This document shows positions 9,260-19,173 of a stretch of 64,000 nt of DNA, piece by piece. The notes beneath the pieces are model-generated. The model did not search any database. It saw only the letters and a list, made by a program, of their open reading frames with translations, and had not been told where the DNA came from. Numbering within the stretch: the stretch's first letter is position 1; every line of letters starts with the position of its first letter. This stretch comes from Cyanophyceae cyanobacterium. GTDB taxonomy: Bacteria; Cyanobacteriota; Cyanobacteriia; Cyanobacteriales; JBHJGN01. The position numbers were made by a program, and so were the translations under genes. The DNA lies in assembly GCA_050331735.1 (NCBI GenBank), contig JBHJGN010000031.1, forward strand, positions 1 to 64,000. Direction: 5' to 3'.

Positions 9260-9505
9260 TTTGTCCCTGGTGGGACGGGTCAGGGAGAATTGTCCCTGCG
9301 GGATGGGGAAATAGTTCCTATCGGAACGGGGAAGGGGAAACTGTCCCTGCGGGACGGAGAAAGGACACGGAACTAAGCAACAAGCTTGAGTATGACCCCT
9401 TTTCCCTGCACCGAAGGTGCTTCCCCTTTCCCCTTTTCCCTGCACCAAAGGTGCTTCCCCTTTCCCCGTCGCGGAGCGACAATTTCCCCGTGCCAACGGC
9501 GCTAA
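9260..9505. repeat. composite repeat: G-rich and C-rich heptamer arms with eight mini-hairpins
   Basis: Hairpins GTCCC-tggt-GGGAC, GTCCC-tgc-GGGAT, GTTCC-tatc-GGAAC, GTCCC-tgc-GGGAC, GCACC-gaa-GGTGC, GCACC-aaa-GGTGC, GTCGC-gga-GCGAC and GTGCC-aac-GGCGC, set in GGGGAA / TTCCCC(T) repeats. Confidence 0.9.
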
Positions 9506-9509
9506 TCCC

Positions 9510-10520
9510 ATGTTCCGATACATCTGCAAACGTCTGCTCAACATAATTCCGGTCCTGATAGGAATTACGCTTCTTGTTTTTACCTTCCTACATTTGATTC
9601 CTGGCGATCCTGCCGTGGCGATGTTGGGCGAACGGGCTTCCCCCGAACAGATCGAGGCGATGCGGGAGCAACTTGGACTCAATGAGCCGCTGCCGTTGCA
9701 GTATTTGTCTTTCTTGGGCAATGTGTTACGCCTTGATTTTGGCACTAGTATTCACAGTCAAATTCCGATCGCGACAGAAATTCGCTCTCGCTGGCCAGCG
9801 ACTTTTGAGCTATCGCTAGCGGCGATGCTGGTCGCCGTCATTCTCGGCATTCCGGCAGGGGTGACTGCTGCCGTTCGCAAGAACAGTGCCATCGATAACG
9901 TTGCCATGAGCGCTTCTTTAGTGGGCGTATCTATGCCCGTATATTGGCTGGGGCTACTGCTGATTTACCTGTTTGCGGTGAACCTTAACTGGCTACCGCC
10001 GTCTGGTCGGATTGGGATTGAAGCAGCAAGAGGGTTTGAGCCGATTACTGGTTTTTACGTTCTTGATGCCCTCATGCAGCTCAACTTTTCTGCCCTGGGA
10101 GATATTCTGGCTCATTTAGTGCTGCCGGCGCTCACCCTCGGCACCATTCCCCTTGCTATCGTCGCCCGTCTAACCCGCAGCGCCATGCTAGAAGTTCTCG
10201 GTCAGGACTATATTCGCACCGCTAGGGCCAAGGGACTTAAAGAACGGTTTGTCGTCTTCAAACACGCGCTGAAAAATGCCCTCCTTCCTGTCGTCACCAT
10301 TATCGGCTTACAGTTCGGCACACTGTTAGGAGGGGCCATTCTTACGGAAACAATCTTTTCCTGGCCCGGTATTGGTTCCTGGATCTACGAAGGCATCCTC
10401 GCTCGGGACTACCCTGTGGTGCAGGGAGGTGTCGTGTTTGTGGCAGCGGCGTTTGTTCTCATCAATCTCCTAGTAGATATTTCCTATGCGTTCTTAGACC
10501 CTAGAATTCAATACAAGTAG
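9510..10520 (+). CDS. peptide ABC transporter permease (DppB-like)
   Basis: MFRYICKRLL...IPGDPA start; EAA-like loop DYIRTARAKGL. The ORF-track extension to 9417 is repeat-derived. Confidence 0.93.
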   Translation: MFRYICKRLLNIIPVLIGITLLVFTFLHLIPGDPAVAMLGERASPEQIEAMREQLGLNEPLPLQYLSFLGNVLRLDFGTSIHSQIPIATEIRSRWPATFELSLAAMLVAVILGIPAGVTAAVRKNSAIDNVAMSASLVGVSMPVYWLGLLLIYLFAVNLNWLPPSGRIGIEAARGFEPITGFYVLDALMQLNFSALGDILAHLVLPALTLGTIPLAIVARLTRSAMLEVLGQDYIRTARAKGLKERFVVFKHALKNALLPVVTIIGLQFGTLLGGAILTETIFSWPGIGSWIYEGILARDYPVVQGGVVFVAAAFVLINLLVDISYAFLDPRIQYK

Positions 10521-10592
10521 ATACGCTGAAACGATCGAACGGTTTCCGACTCCTGAAATTCATCCTCACCACTGCTTCATGTCTCACCTGCT

Positions 10593-11492
10593 ATGAAAAC
10601 TTCGTCATCAACGGTTGACCGCCTTCCTGCTCCTTCGCCCTGGGCTAAGTTTTGGCAAAACAAAGCGGTGCGACGTTTTTTACAGTCTACTTCGGGGAAG
10701 GTTGGGCTAGTTTTTACGAGCGCCCTGGTGCTGTTAGCCTTACTCGCTCCGATTCTCAATCCCTATGATGCCGCCACCGATCGCAATTATGCTCTTCGTC
10801 TTGAACCTCCTGGTATTGAGCACTGGTTTGGCACGGATGGGCTCGGGCGAGACCTTTTAGATTTGGTCTGGTACGGGCTGCGGATTTCCCTGTTCATCAG
10901 TCTTGTTGCCGTTAGCATTGGCCTCTTAATTGGGCTACTGTTAGGCTTAGCGGCAGGCTATTTTCGCGGCTACCTCGAAACCGGGATTAGCTGGCTGACC
11001 GATATTCTGCTGGCGTTTCCCTCCATTCTGCTGGCAATCGCGATTGTGACGGTAACAGGTCCGAGTATCCGGAGCGTGATGGTGGCGGTGGGCATCGTGC
11101 AAATCCCCATCTTCATTCGCCTGACCCGCAGCATGGTGCTGTCGCTACGGGAACAGGAGTTTGTGCAGACGGTGAGGGCGTTCGGCGCTAAACCCGGACG
11201 GATTATCTTTCGCCACATCTTGCCTGCTAGCCTTGCTCCCCTGGTGGTTCAGGCAACGCTTTCCATTGGCACCGCTACTCTAGAGGCAGCAGGCTTAGGG
11301 TTTTTAGGCTTGGGCGCTCAACCTCCCACCCCCGAACTGGGAACCATGCTCTCTGATGCGTTTAAAGGCGGCTATTCCTTGTCTGCCCCCTGGGCCATTC
11401 TGTTTCCCGGTCTATTTATCACCATCACCGTTCTCGCTTTTAACCTCCTCGGAGATGGCCTACGGGATGCGCTCGATCCAAAATCGAGTTAG
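10593..11492 (+). CDS. peptide ABC transporter permease (DppC-like)
   Basis: HWFGTDGLGRD, EFVQTVRAFGA and FNLLGDGLRDALDP motifs. Confidence 0.93.
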   Translation: MKTSSSTVDRLPAPSPWAKFWQNKAVRRFLQSTSGKVGLVFTSALVLLALLAPILNPYDAATDRNYALRLEPPGIEHWFGTDGLGRDLLDLVWYGLRISLFISLVAVSIGLLIGLLLGLAAGYFRGYLETGISWLTDILLAFPSILLAIAIVTVTGPSIRSVMVAVGIVQIPIFIRLTRSMVLSLREQEFVQTVRAFGAKPGRIIFRHILPASLAPLVVQATLSIGTATLEAAGLGFLGLGAQPPTPELGTMLSDAFKGGYSLSAPWAILFPGLFITITVLAFNLLGDGLRDALDPKSS

Positions 11493-11543
11493 CCAACGAA
11501 ACGAGAACAGCGAATCGTTCTTTAATTGTCTTTTCGGACATAA

Positions 11544-11576
11544 AGAGAGGGCAGGAGATCGTCTCCTGCCCTCTCT
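11544..11576. terminator. perfect hairpin between convergent genes
   Basis: AGAGAGGGCAGGAGA-TCG-TCTCCTGCCCTCTCT, a 15-bp perfect stem. Confidence 0.8.
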
Positions 11577-11597
11577 AGTCAGTAAGCGACCTAACTC

Positions 11598-13292
11598 TTA
11601 GAAACTGAAGGTCGTCCGAATCAAACCAACCCAGATGTTGTCGTTGTCTTCATCGTGTTCGGGATTGAAGACGACGTAGGCACCCGGAGTAATGAGGATG
11701 TTGTCGTTGATGGGGAAGCGGTACTGGGCTTCCACCAAGAACGAGTTATCTTCATCATCAGGACCGCCCTCAACGTCGGTAGCTTTCGGCAACCAACCAC
11801 CCGTGAAACCAAGAACGCTGCCTTCTCTGCCCAAGTCGAGAAGAGCAACCGTAGCAAAAGCCGTAAAGATATCAGCGCTGTCGTCTTCTCTGAATCCAGA
11901 CTGAGCTTCGGCATCGATGTAGGTGAACCACCCACCCAAATTGAGGCGTTCGCCAAGCTGGAAGCTCGCTGTGGCCCCATAGCGGTTAGCCGTTACGCCC
12001 GATTCTCCGAAGAAGGGATCGTCTCCCAGAACGCTACCCAGACCCTCTGTCAGAGACACCTCGCCCTGGGGTTGGTAGGTGCGGGTGTAGGTCAGCGCGA
12101 AATCAAGCGCGTCCCCAAATCCGAGGTTAAGCTGAGCGGAAGCAGCGTAGTCCCCGTTGAATAAGCCGTTTTCAGAAGTGGGATCGTTGGCATTACCAGC
12201 CAAATAGCCGACATCAACGCTAATGTTGTCGGTAAAAGCAAAGTTAGCAATTAAGCCAGCGTCAGCACTAGGATAAACCAGCGCGTTGTAAGAACCGGCG
12301 AAGGACAAAGCACCGCTACCGCTGCTGCTGAAGAAGGGGCTGAGCGGATCGGCAATGTCGTCGAAGGTGACGTCGTTAAGAGCTACGGTAAACTGTAAGC
12401 GTTCGCCAACTGGGAAGTTGTAGAACAGGTCCGATACCTCAACGTCGTTCTCGTCATTACCGCTGTAGTTGATGGTGGTCATCCCGGTACCGGTATCGAA
12501 GTCTTCGATGTTTCTGGCCTGCAGGCGGATTCTCAGAAGATCTTCTCCGGTGAAGCTACTGTCGAGGTTCAAGCGGATGCGATCGCTGAGAGTGACGATC
12601 GAATCAAGATCGTTATCGTCGTCGTCAATTGGCGTTCTCGTGATTTCAACATTGTCTCCATCATTATCGCCAGTCCCTGGAGGAGTTACCTCAACATCAA
12701 ATTCGGTGGCCCGGTCTCCCCCAAAGGCCGCACCAAGGCTGAAGATCGCTTCAGCGTTTAATCTTGTCGTGGTTGAAAACTGATTGTCTTCGAGGAAGGC
12801 AACGCGCCCTTCGAGGTTGTCTACTCTAGCGCCTAGAGTAGCGAGTTCTGCCTCAAACTCCTGAGCCAGCCGCTGGAGACGCTCTAGGTCTTCTGGGGCC
12901 AATCCCGTGCCGCTAGAGGCAATCAGCCGCTCAATCGCGTTTAAGCAGGAGTTTAAGCCAGCCGCAAATTCGTAGCGGGTTAAAGCGCGGTTACCGCGGT
13001 AGGTTTGGTCGGGATACCCTTCAATACAGCCGTAGCGCTCTACTAAGCTTCGGAGTGCTTCAAAAGCCCAGTCTCCAGGGGATACGTCGCGCAACTGCTC
13101 GACATTGGTGACCTGGCCCATAGAGCCGTCTTCATTCATGCCTTCGCTATACTGGTCGATCTGCTGCAGTACGTCAGCTTCATTAGAGCCATCAGAAAGG
13201 CTTTGAGCTGCTACGCTACCCCCAGAAAGGAGTAAAGCCGTTCCTAGAATAGCTGAGCCAACTTTTAGTGAATTACACAGTAACTTAACCAT
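11598..13292 (-). CDS. cyanobacterial outer-membrane porin (SLH + OprB-type, 'iron uptake porin' family)
   Basis: Signal peptide; SLH motif DVSPGDWAFEALRSLVERYGCI...TRYEFAAGL; coiled coil; QFSTTT; C-terminal RTTFSF. Confidence 0.95.
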   Translation of the reverse strand: MVKLLCNSLKVGSAILGTALLLSGGSVAAQSLSDGSNEADVLQQIDQYSEGMNEDGSMGQVTNVEQLRDVSPGDWAFEALRSLVERYGCIEGYPDQTYRGNRALTRYEFAAGLNSCLNAIERLIASSGTGLAPEDLERLQRLAQEFEAELATLGARVDNLEGRVAFLEDNQFSTTTRLNAEAIFSLGAAFGGDRATEFDVEVTPPGTGDNDGDNVEITRTPIDDDDNDLDSIVTLSDRIRLNLDSSFTGEDLLRIRLQARNIEDFDTGTGMTTINYSGNDENDVEVSDLFYNFPVGERLQFTVALNDVTFDDIADPLSPFFSSSGSGALSFAGSYNALVYPSADAGLIANFAFTDNISVDVGYLAGNANDPTSENGLFNGDYAASAQLNLGFGDALDFALTYTRTYQPQGEVSLTEGLGSVLGDDPFFGESGVTANRYGATASFQLGERLNLGGWFTYIDAEAQSGFREDDSADIFTAFATVALLDLGREGSVLGFTGGWLPKATDVEGGPDDEDNSFLVEAQYRFPINDNILITPGAYVVFNPEHDEDNDNIWVGLIRTTFSF

Positions 13293-13665
13293 TTTATTTT
13301 CTATCCTCAACACCAATTTATGAGTTATTGCGTCTCTAAAAGCAGTCAATTCCTTTTTAAGAAATAACGCGCTCTAGAGAAATAATTTAACCAAAACAGT
13401 CAAGCGATTCAATCTTGTGTCACAGATTCTGGACACGCTAAGAACCGAATCAACTAAAAATCATATCATCTCACGCGCTAATCGACTACTATTTTGTCTG
13501 GCTCTTTGAAATCAGCCACCGTTGTGCTGAGTCTGCCCCTAAGTACAAAGCTCCTGCTAGCTCTCCGGGAATCCGTAAGAGTAGCAGGAAAAGGGATGGC
13601 ACGACCAAAATCTTTTTGCTTGCGGCTTGAGCAGTTGTGCTTACCAGGAGCAAATTAGCTTAAGC

Positions 13666-14667
13666 TTATTTCTCGTTCACTGCGTTTTGCGGTTCGCCAT
13701 GAAGAAAAGCAGTGATGTTGTCGATCGTTGTCTTGATAATTCGTTCGCGGGCCTCGCGGGTATTAAAAGCACTGTGAGGGGTAATCACGACATTTTTTAG
13801 ACGGAGCAATACCTGCTCTGCGAGCAGTCGCGGATTACTCTGCTGGCGGTCGATGAAGCGCAGCAATTCTTTCTCGTCGCGCATCACGAGTTCTTCTTGC
13901 AGCACGTCCAGCCCTGCCGCTGCTACTTTACCCTCAGCCAGGGCGTGGACCAGCGCTTGAATATCGATGACGCTGCCTCTGGACGTGTTAATCAAAATGG
14001 CACCATCCTTCATCTGCTCAAACTGCTCGGAGGAAAGTAGGTGATGAGTTTTGTCATTCGCCGGGACGTGAAGTGTCACAATATCAGAGGCGGATAATAG
14101 CTCGTTCATCTCCGCATAGCGAAACCCCAGCTCAGCCGCTAACTCTTCTCTGGGTTTTGGATCGAAAGCAACAACCTCTAGGCGAAACCCCTTAGCAATT
14201 TCAACCATGCACTGCCCAATGTTGCCCGTGCCAATCACCCCCAGGGTCTTACCCCGCAGGTCAAAGCCTTGAAGACCTTTGAAGGTAAATTCTCCTTCAC
14301 GAGCACGATTGGCTCCTTGAACAATATTATGACTAATTGCTAGCAGCAAACCGAATGCATGTTCGGCGACGGTATGTTCTCCGTAGGTAGGAACGTTACA
14401 GACTGTTATCCTCTGCTCTTGGCAGTAGTCGATGGCAATATGGTCAAAGCCAGTGGAGCGGGTAGCGATCAGCTTTGGGCGTAGCTCTGCGAGAACATCA
14501 CGGCTTAGTTCTGAGTAGATAAAGGGAGAAATAATATCGGCATCAGCCCATTGAGACGCATTCTCGGAGGAGAGGGCTTCCTGTAAACAGAAAACTTCGT
14601 TTTCAGCCCTAAGCTTTTCAAAGAATTGGTGTTCCCAGTCGTCTATTTCAAATACAACAATTTTCAT
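13666..14667 (-). CDS. D-2-hydroxyacid (D-lactate) dehydrogenase
   Basis: TRSTGFDHI, GTGNIG, INTSRG, LDVLQEE and TPHSAF motifs; start taken at MKIVVFE. Confidence 0.88.
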   Translation of the reverse strand: MKIVVFEIDDWEHQFFEKLRAENEVFCLQEALSSENASQWADADIISPFIYSELSRDVLAELRPKLIATRSTGFDHIAIDYCQEQRITVCNVPTYGEHTVAEHAFGLLLAISHNIVQGANRAREGEFTFKGLQGFDLRGKTLGVIGTGNIGQCMVEIAKGFRLEVVAFDPKPREELAAELGFRYAEMNELLSASDIVTLHVPANDKTHHLLSSEQFEQMKDGAILINTSRGSVIDIQALVHALAEGKVAAAGLDVLQEELVMRDEKELLRFIDRQQSNPRLLAEQVLLRLKNVVITPHSAFNTREARERIIKTTIDNITAFLHGEPQNAVNEK

Positions 14668-14673
14668 TGTTTC

Positions 14674-14705
14674 AGTTGATGGTTGAATGTTAATTGTTAA
14701 TTGTT
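14674..14705. repeat. short heptamer tandem repeat (STRR-like)
   Basis: agttgat ggttgaa tgttaat tgttaat tgtt. Confidence 0.5.
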
Positions 14706-14761
14706 CTCTTGTTTTCCTAAATCGGACGGCTGTCCTTGAGCCTCCACGGTTCTCATCCTGC

Positions 14762-16075
14762 TCAGTTACTGCTTGATACATCCACAAGACTCGTTGCCAA
14801 CTTGTCAAGATTGGCCGGATTGCTATAGCGGTGGAAAACTTCGTCGCTCAGCCACTCGCCGGCAGCTTTAAAATTATGGATGGGCGTTGGCAGAAGCTGC
14901 AAATAGGTTGCCTGACGAATCAAATGACCCAGCTTGCCTCGGATTTCTAGACGGTCGAACAGATAAGCCGCACTCTCTCCTAAGCCCAGCTTAAGTAATG
15001 TTCCCCGAAAATTCACCTCCGCTGGACTTAACTCCTTGTTTTCTGCAAGGGCAACGAGGTTGCGAGCGATCGCCTCTCCTTGCTGATAGGCTACCTGAGC
15101 CGTTAGGGGCAGGGAATTTTCGACAACCGCTGCACAGTCACCGCCGGCGAGCACTTCTGGAAAGTCAAGTAGCTGTAGCGTGGGCGTGACGCACAAACGA
15201 CCGAAGCGATCGCGTTTGCTGTCTGGAATTGATAGATTTCTGAGGAGTGGGAGGGTGTCGGTCCCGGCTGTCCAAACAACGGTCGCGACGGGGATATTTT
15301 GCTGATGTTCGTCCTTGTCTTGATACTCTAGTCCGTCTGAGCGGACCCGACAGACCTTTGCTTCTAAAAGCAACTCTACGGAGACGGCTCGTTCGTTAAG
15401 GGTTTGATAGGCAGTCTCGCGCAGGTTCGTCTTATCATTTCCCTGACTGTTAAGAATATCGTCGCTCATGTCGATCCCGAGTACCCGGATTTCTTGGGGA
15501 TTGCCTCCCAGTTCGCTGTACCAGTTGGGAAGTAAATCAGCTAATGTTGCTGCCAACTCAATCCCCGAAGGACCAGCCCCGACAATCGCCACGGTCGTCA
15601 GGTGGCGCCGCTGCTGCGGAGTGTCTGTCTGGATAGCGGCAGAAAGACACTCCCGGAGGTGCTTAGCAAGGGCAACGGCTTGTTTGCCGGTCCGAAACGG
15701 GAAAGAGTGCTCTTTGGCTCCTTCAACCCCAAAATAGCCGATACTGCTTCCTAGGGCTAGTACTAAATAACGGTACTTCAGTGGCGACGGCTGAGACGCT
15801 AAACGGAGTGAGCGCTCTTTGAGGTCAATCTCTTCGACGGTATCTTGAACAAACTGGCTGTTGCTGCCTGTCAATAGGTCTTCGTAGCGCGGCCACACCT
15901 GCTCCTTTCGCATTTCGCCGCTCAGAAATTCATAGAGAAGTGGACTGAAGGTAAAGCGTTCTTGGCGATCGATAATCACCACTGGCTGCGAATACTGATG
16001 ACGACTCAGATGAAAAGCGGTGAACAGACCAGTAAAACCAGCGCCTAAAATAACTGTTGCATCTTGGGGAATCAT
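14762..16075 (-). CDS. NDH-2-family NAD(P)/FAD-dependent oxidoreductase
   Basis: ILGAGFTGL, FSPLLYE, IVGAGPSGIELA, GGDCA and TAQVAYQQG motifs; start taken at MIPQDA. Confidence 0.88.
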   Translation of the reverse strand: MIPQDATVILGAGFTGLFTAFHLSRHQYSQPVVIIDRQERFTFSPLLYEFLSGEMRKEQVWPRYEDLLTGSNSQFVQDTVEEIDLKERSLRLASQPSPLKYRYLVLALGSSIGYFGVEGAKEHSFPFRTGKQAVALAKHLRECLSAAIQTDTPQQRRHLTTVAIVGAGPSGIELAATLADLLPNWYSELGGNPQEIRVLGIDMSDDILNSQGNDKTNLRETAYQTLNERAVSVELLLEAKVCRVRSDGLEYQDKDEHQQNIPVATVVWTAGTDTLPLLRNLSIPDSKRDRFGRLCVTPTLQLLDFPEVLAGGDCAAVVENSLPLTAQVAYQQGEAIARNLVALAENKELSPAEVNFRGTLLKLGLGESAAYLFDRLEIRGKLGHLIRQATYLQLLPTPIHNFKAAGEWLSDEVFHRYSNPANLDKLATSLVDVSSSN

Positions 16076-16697
16076 GACAATACTAAAAATAAAGTTTCTC
16101 AAAGAACGGGAGACGGCCTGTTTTCGCTCGTCGCCCAATTAATGCTGAATTAGACGCTCGTACTCATCGCTTAGGCACTGTTTTTGTGGATCATTTCGAC
16201 TGGCTTTAGTTAGCTTCTGTTGCTTCATTCGCTTGGCTCTAAAATTAATAATTGTCAGTACCGGGGCTTAGCACCGATGCTTTTAGGGATTGAACCAGCC
16301 CGCTGTGCTCAATTATCTGGTCTGGCTACCTTTATTTTGTCTGCTGTTTAAGATTGGTTTAGCCAGAGAATATACCAAAAACAAATCTATTTCTTCTCCA
16401 ATTTGGTTTGAGCTTTTATTTCCTTGGATAGAAATTATTTTCTTTCTGTTAGGCATACTGCCAAAACCGAGGAGAAATACTCCTTGAAAAAGTTTGTCAT
16501 CTGTCCAACGAAACATTCTTAGCTTTATCAAAAATCAGCGCGAAGAACTGAAGTTAAAATCTGCTAACATCAACTCAATCTTCTACAGAGAATCTCTGGG
16601 AGTTTCAAGCAAGCTTGAGCAACAGGCGATCGCTCTGTTTAAGATAATCGCTTAAAGTGATTCAAACATTGGGAGCTATTTTTCTCGCCGCAGCTCA

Positions 16698-17195
16698 GTG
16701 CCTCATCTAATTTTGCTAATTGGACTTCCAGGAAGCGGTAAATCTTCTCTAGCTCGGCAGTTGACTGTTGTCTATCCCCGCAGCCAAATTATTGCGACCG
16801 ATGCTATTCGAGCTCAACTTTTTGGGGATGAGGCAGTGCAGGGCCCCTGGCAATTGGTGTGGAGACAGGTTGAAGTTCAGTTTCGCAGTGCGGTAGAGTC
16901 AATTCAGGCAGGAAGCATCCCGCAGGCGATTTATGATGCCACTAACGTGGCGAGACGACAGCGGCGAGAGGCAATTGCCCTAGCTCGCGCTACTGGTTTT
17001 ACCCACCTTAGCGGACTGTGGCTAGATACTCCCTTGCCGGTTTGTTTGGAGCGGAATCGGCGCCGCGAGCGCTTTGTGCCCGTCACCGTTATTGAGCGGA
17101 TGTACCGTCAGCTACGAGGCGCTCCCCCTGCCCTTGATGAAGGTCTCGATCGTCTAGTGCGCTATTCGTCTCGGCTGTCCTCTGTCTGCATCTAG
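16698..17195 (+). CDS. AAA_33 / P-loop nucleotide kinase-like protein
   Basis: GLPGSGKS Walker A, DATN, CLERNRRR. Confidence 0.85.
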   Translation: MPHLILLIGLPGSGKSSLARQLTVVYPRSQIIATDAIRAQLFGDEAVQGPWQLVWRQVEVQFRSAVESIQAGSIPQAIYDATNVARRQRREAIALARATGFTHLSGLWLDTPLPVCLERNRRRERFVPVTVIERMYRQLRGAPPALDEGLDRLVRYSSRLSSVCI

Positions 17196-17357
17196 GTGCG
17201 GAAATTGCGTTGCCTGGGTTCAGTAAGAACCGAACCGAAATAATCTGTACGGTCTGCTACCTTATATCCAGGGTAACTATTTAAACTAAATTTTTATTTT
17301 TCATCTAAGCCCTTTTAGGTTCAGATCTTTAGCGAGCGAAAGACAAGGAGACGGCTG

Positions 17358-18368
17358 ATGGCTTCAACGGACTTTAAAGACTACTACGCTATCTTAGGGG
17401 TCAACAAAACAGCCAGCGCTGAGGAGATCAAAAAGACATTTCGTAAGTTGGCCTTGAAGTATCATCCTGACCGTAATCCGGGTGATAAGCAGGCAGAGTC
17501 GCGCTTTAAGGAAATCAGTGAAGCCTACGAAGTTCTCTCGGACCCAGGAAAGCGCCAGAAGTACGACCAGTTTGGCCAGTACTGGAAGCAAGCTGAGCAA
17601 GGATGGTCGCCAAGTGGAACCAACGCTGATTTTGGCAATTTCGATTTTAGCCAATACGCTAATTTTGAAGACTTTATTAATGAGTTGCTCGGTCGTTTTT
17701 CGACGACTGGAGGAACCGGAGCCCGAACCAGGACGTACTCGTATGGCTCGCCGGGAGCGCAGTCAGGAACGAGCTTTAGGGACTTTAGCTTTGGGGGGTA
17801 CGGTAGCGCTGGTAGTGGTTTTAGTGATGCTTCTGCCGACCGCGAAGCCACCATTCGCTTGAGCTTTTCAGAAGCCTACCGAGGAGTTCAGAAACGCCTT
17901 AACTTAGGAAACGAAATGGTAGATGTGCGCATTCCACCGGGAGCAAAACCGGGCAGCCGCATTCGAGTCCGAGGGAAAGGACAGCTCAGCCCCTACTCTC
18001 AGCAACGGGGCGATCTCTATCTCGTTGTTGAGCTAGAACCGCATTCCTTCTTCAGTTTTGAGGGCGATCATCTCGTCTGTGAAGTCCCCGTTGCTCCTGA
18101 TGAAGCGGTCTTAGGAGCCGCTATTGAAGTTCCAACTCCTGACGGCTTGGTGAGCGTCAAAGTGCCTGCCGGAATTCGTTCTGGCCAGTCCCTGCGGCTG
18201 CGAGGAAAAGGATGGTCAAAGCCAAAAGGGGGGCGAGGAGATCAACTCGTTCGCATCGTGATTGCTGCCCCAAAAGACATCAGCGATACGGAGCGAGAGT
18301 ATTACGAAAAGCTTCAGTCTCTGCGTAGCGACAATCCTCGTCAGTATCTTCAGCAGACGCTGCTCTAA
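17358..18368 (+). CDS. DnaJ-class (type II, CbpA-like) co-chaperone
   Basis: J domain with HPD, G/F-rich linker, DnaJ C-terminal domain, no zinc finger. Confidence 0.92.
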   Translation: MASTDFKDYYAILGVNKTASAEEIKKTFRKLALKYHPDRNPGDKQAESRFKEISEAYEVLSDPGKRQKYDQFGQYWKQAEQGWSPSGTNADFGNFDFSQYANFEDFINELLGRFSTTGGTGARTRTYSYGSPGAQSGTSFRDFSFGGYGSAGSGFSDASADREATIRLSFSEAYRGVQKRLNLGNEMVDVRIPPGAKPGSRIRVRGKGQLSPYSQQRGDLYLVVELEPHSFFSFEGDHLVCEVPVAPDEAVLGAAIEVPTPDGLVSVKVPAGIRSGQSLRLRGKGWSKPKGGRGDQLVRIVIAAPKDISDTEREYYEKLQSLRSDNPRQYLQQTLL

Positions 18369-18370
18369 AT

Positions 18371-18985
18371 TTAAGCAGGCCGACTCTTAGCTGATTGATG
18401 AGTAGGATTCTCGACTCTCGCTGCTAGCGAAGAGATAGTCTCTTGGCCTTGGCCGTTCAACACGGCTAATAGCCTCTCGACGGGAGCGTTATTAGAGAGG
18501 AAAGAAAATAGATGCCTGTACTGGAGTTTCCCCTGACTATCGAGAACAAACTGGGCTGGCAGGGGAGCGCCTAAAGCTTGACCGACTCCGTAACGTCGGA
18601 AGGTATTGCAGCTAGGATCGCTCAGCAAAGGCACGTTCATCTCTAAGTCCTGAACGACCTGCTGAGTCTGCCGAGAGTCAGTACTGGTAATCATCAATAC
18701 TTCTGCGCCTCGCTCTGTGAACTGCTCGTAATGTTCATTCATGGCTTTGATATGAGGGTAGCACAGAGGGCAGTACTGATTTTCGGTAAAAATGCGCGTA
18801 AAGGCAATGACAACCGGTTTGCCTCGGTAGTTGGCTAACCGGACAGCTTGTTTGTTGGTCATATCAGGCAATTCAAAGTCTGGTGTTGTTTTGCCAATGG
18901 CGAGCGAGCTAGTAGCGGGAATCGGCACAAAATTGCGCAGAAACCGTTGATTGATCAGCCCGCTAACGTTGGTGGAAGTTGCCAC
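18371..18985 (-). CDS. AhpC/TSA peroxiredoxin-like protein
   Basis: PDFELPD and CPLC motifs; GTG start at 18985 with RBS. Confidence 0.82.
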   Translation of the reverse strand: MATSTNVSGLINQRFLRNFVPIPATSSLAIGKTTPDFELPDMTNKQAVRLANYRGKPVVIAFTRIFTENQYCPLCYPHIKAMNEHYEQFTERGAEVLMITSTDSRQTQQVVQDLEMNVPLLSDPSCNTFRRYGVGQALGAPLPAQFVLDSQGKLQYRHLFSFLSNNAPVERLLAVLNGQGQETISSLAARVENPTHQSAKSRPA

Positions 18986-19119
18986 AGGAGCACCTCTACG
19001 ATCGTAATGTACATACCACAATCTTAGCTTTAAGTCGCTCTCAGCTATAGGAGAGTTGTTCGCTCATCATAGCTACTGACAGCAGTTTCTTCATTTAGTA
19101 CATCCTGTAGTAGTTAGAA

Positions 19120-19147
19120 AACCATCAACTATCAACCATCAACAAAA
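19120..19147. repeat. short heptamer tandem repeat (STRR-like)
   Basis: aaccatc aactatc aaccatc aacaaaa. Confidence 0.5.
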
Positions 19148-19173
19148 AACGAATGCGATTGCAATCTGTTCTA

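Noticed and set aside
9260..9505. Possible CRISPR array
   Set aside because: Units are about 21 nt, the constant part is short, there are no 30-40 nt unique spacers, orientation flips mid-array, and there are no cas genes in the window.
9239..9745. 168-aa minus-strand ORF, and the 9417 N-terminal extension of the permease
   Set aside because: Translation of the repeat tract and antisense of the permease. ORF 27017..27232 is rejected for the same reason.
16139..16690. Short ORFs (65 aa, 72 aa and a 29-aa minus-strand ORF) in an AT-rich spacer
   Set aside because: Weak starts, mutual overlap and no motifs; probably promoter DNA.
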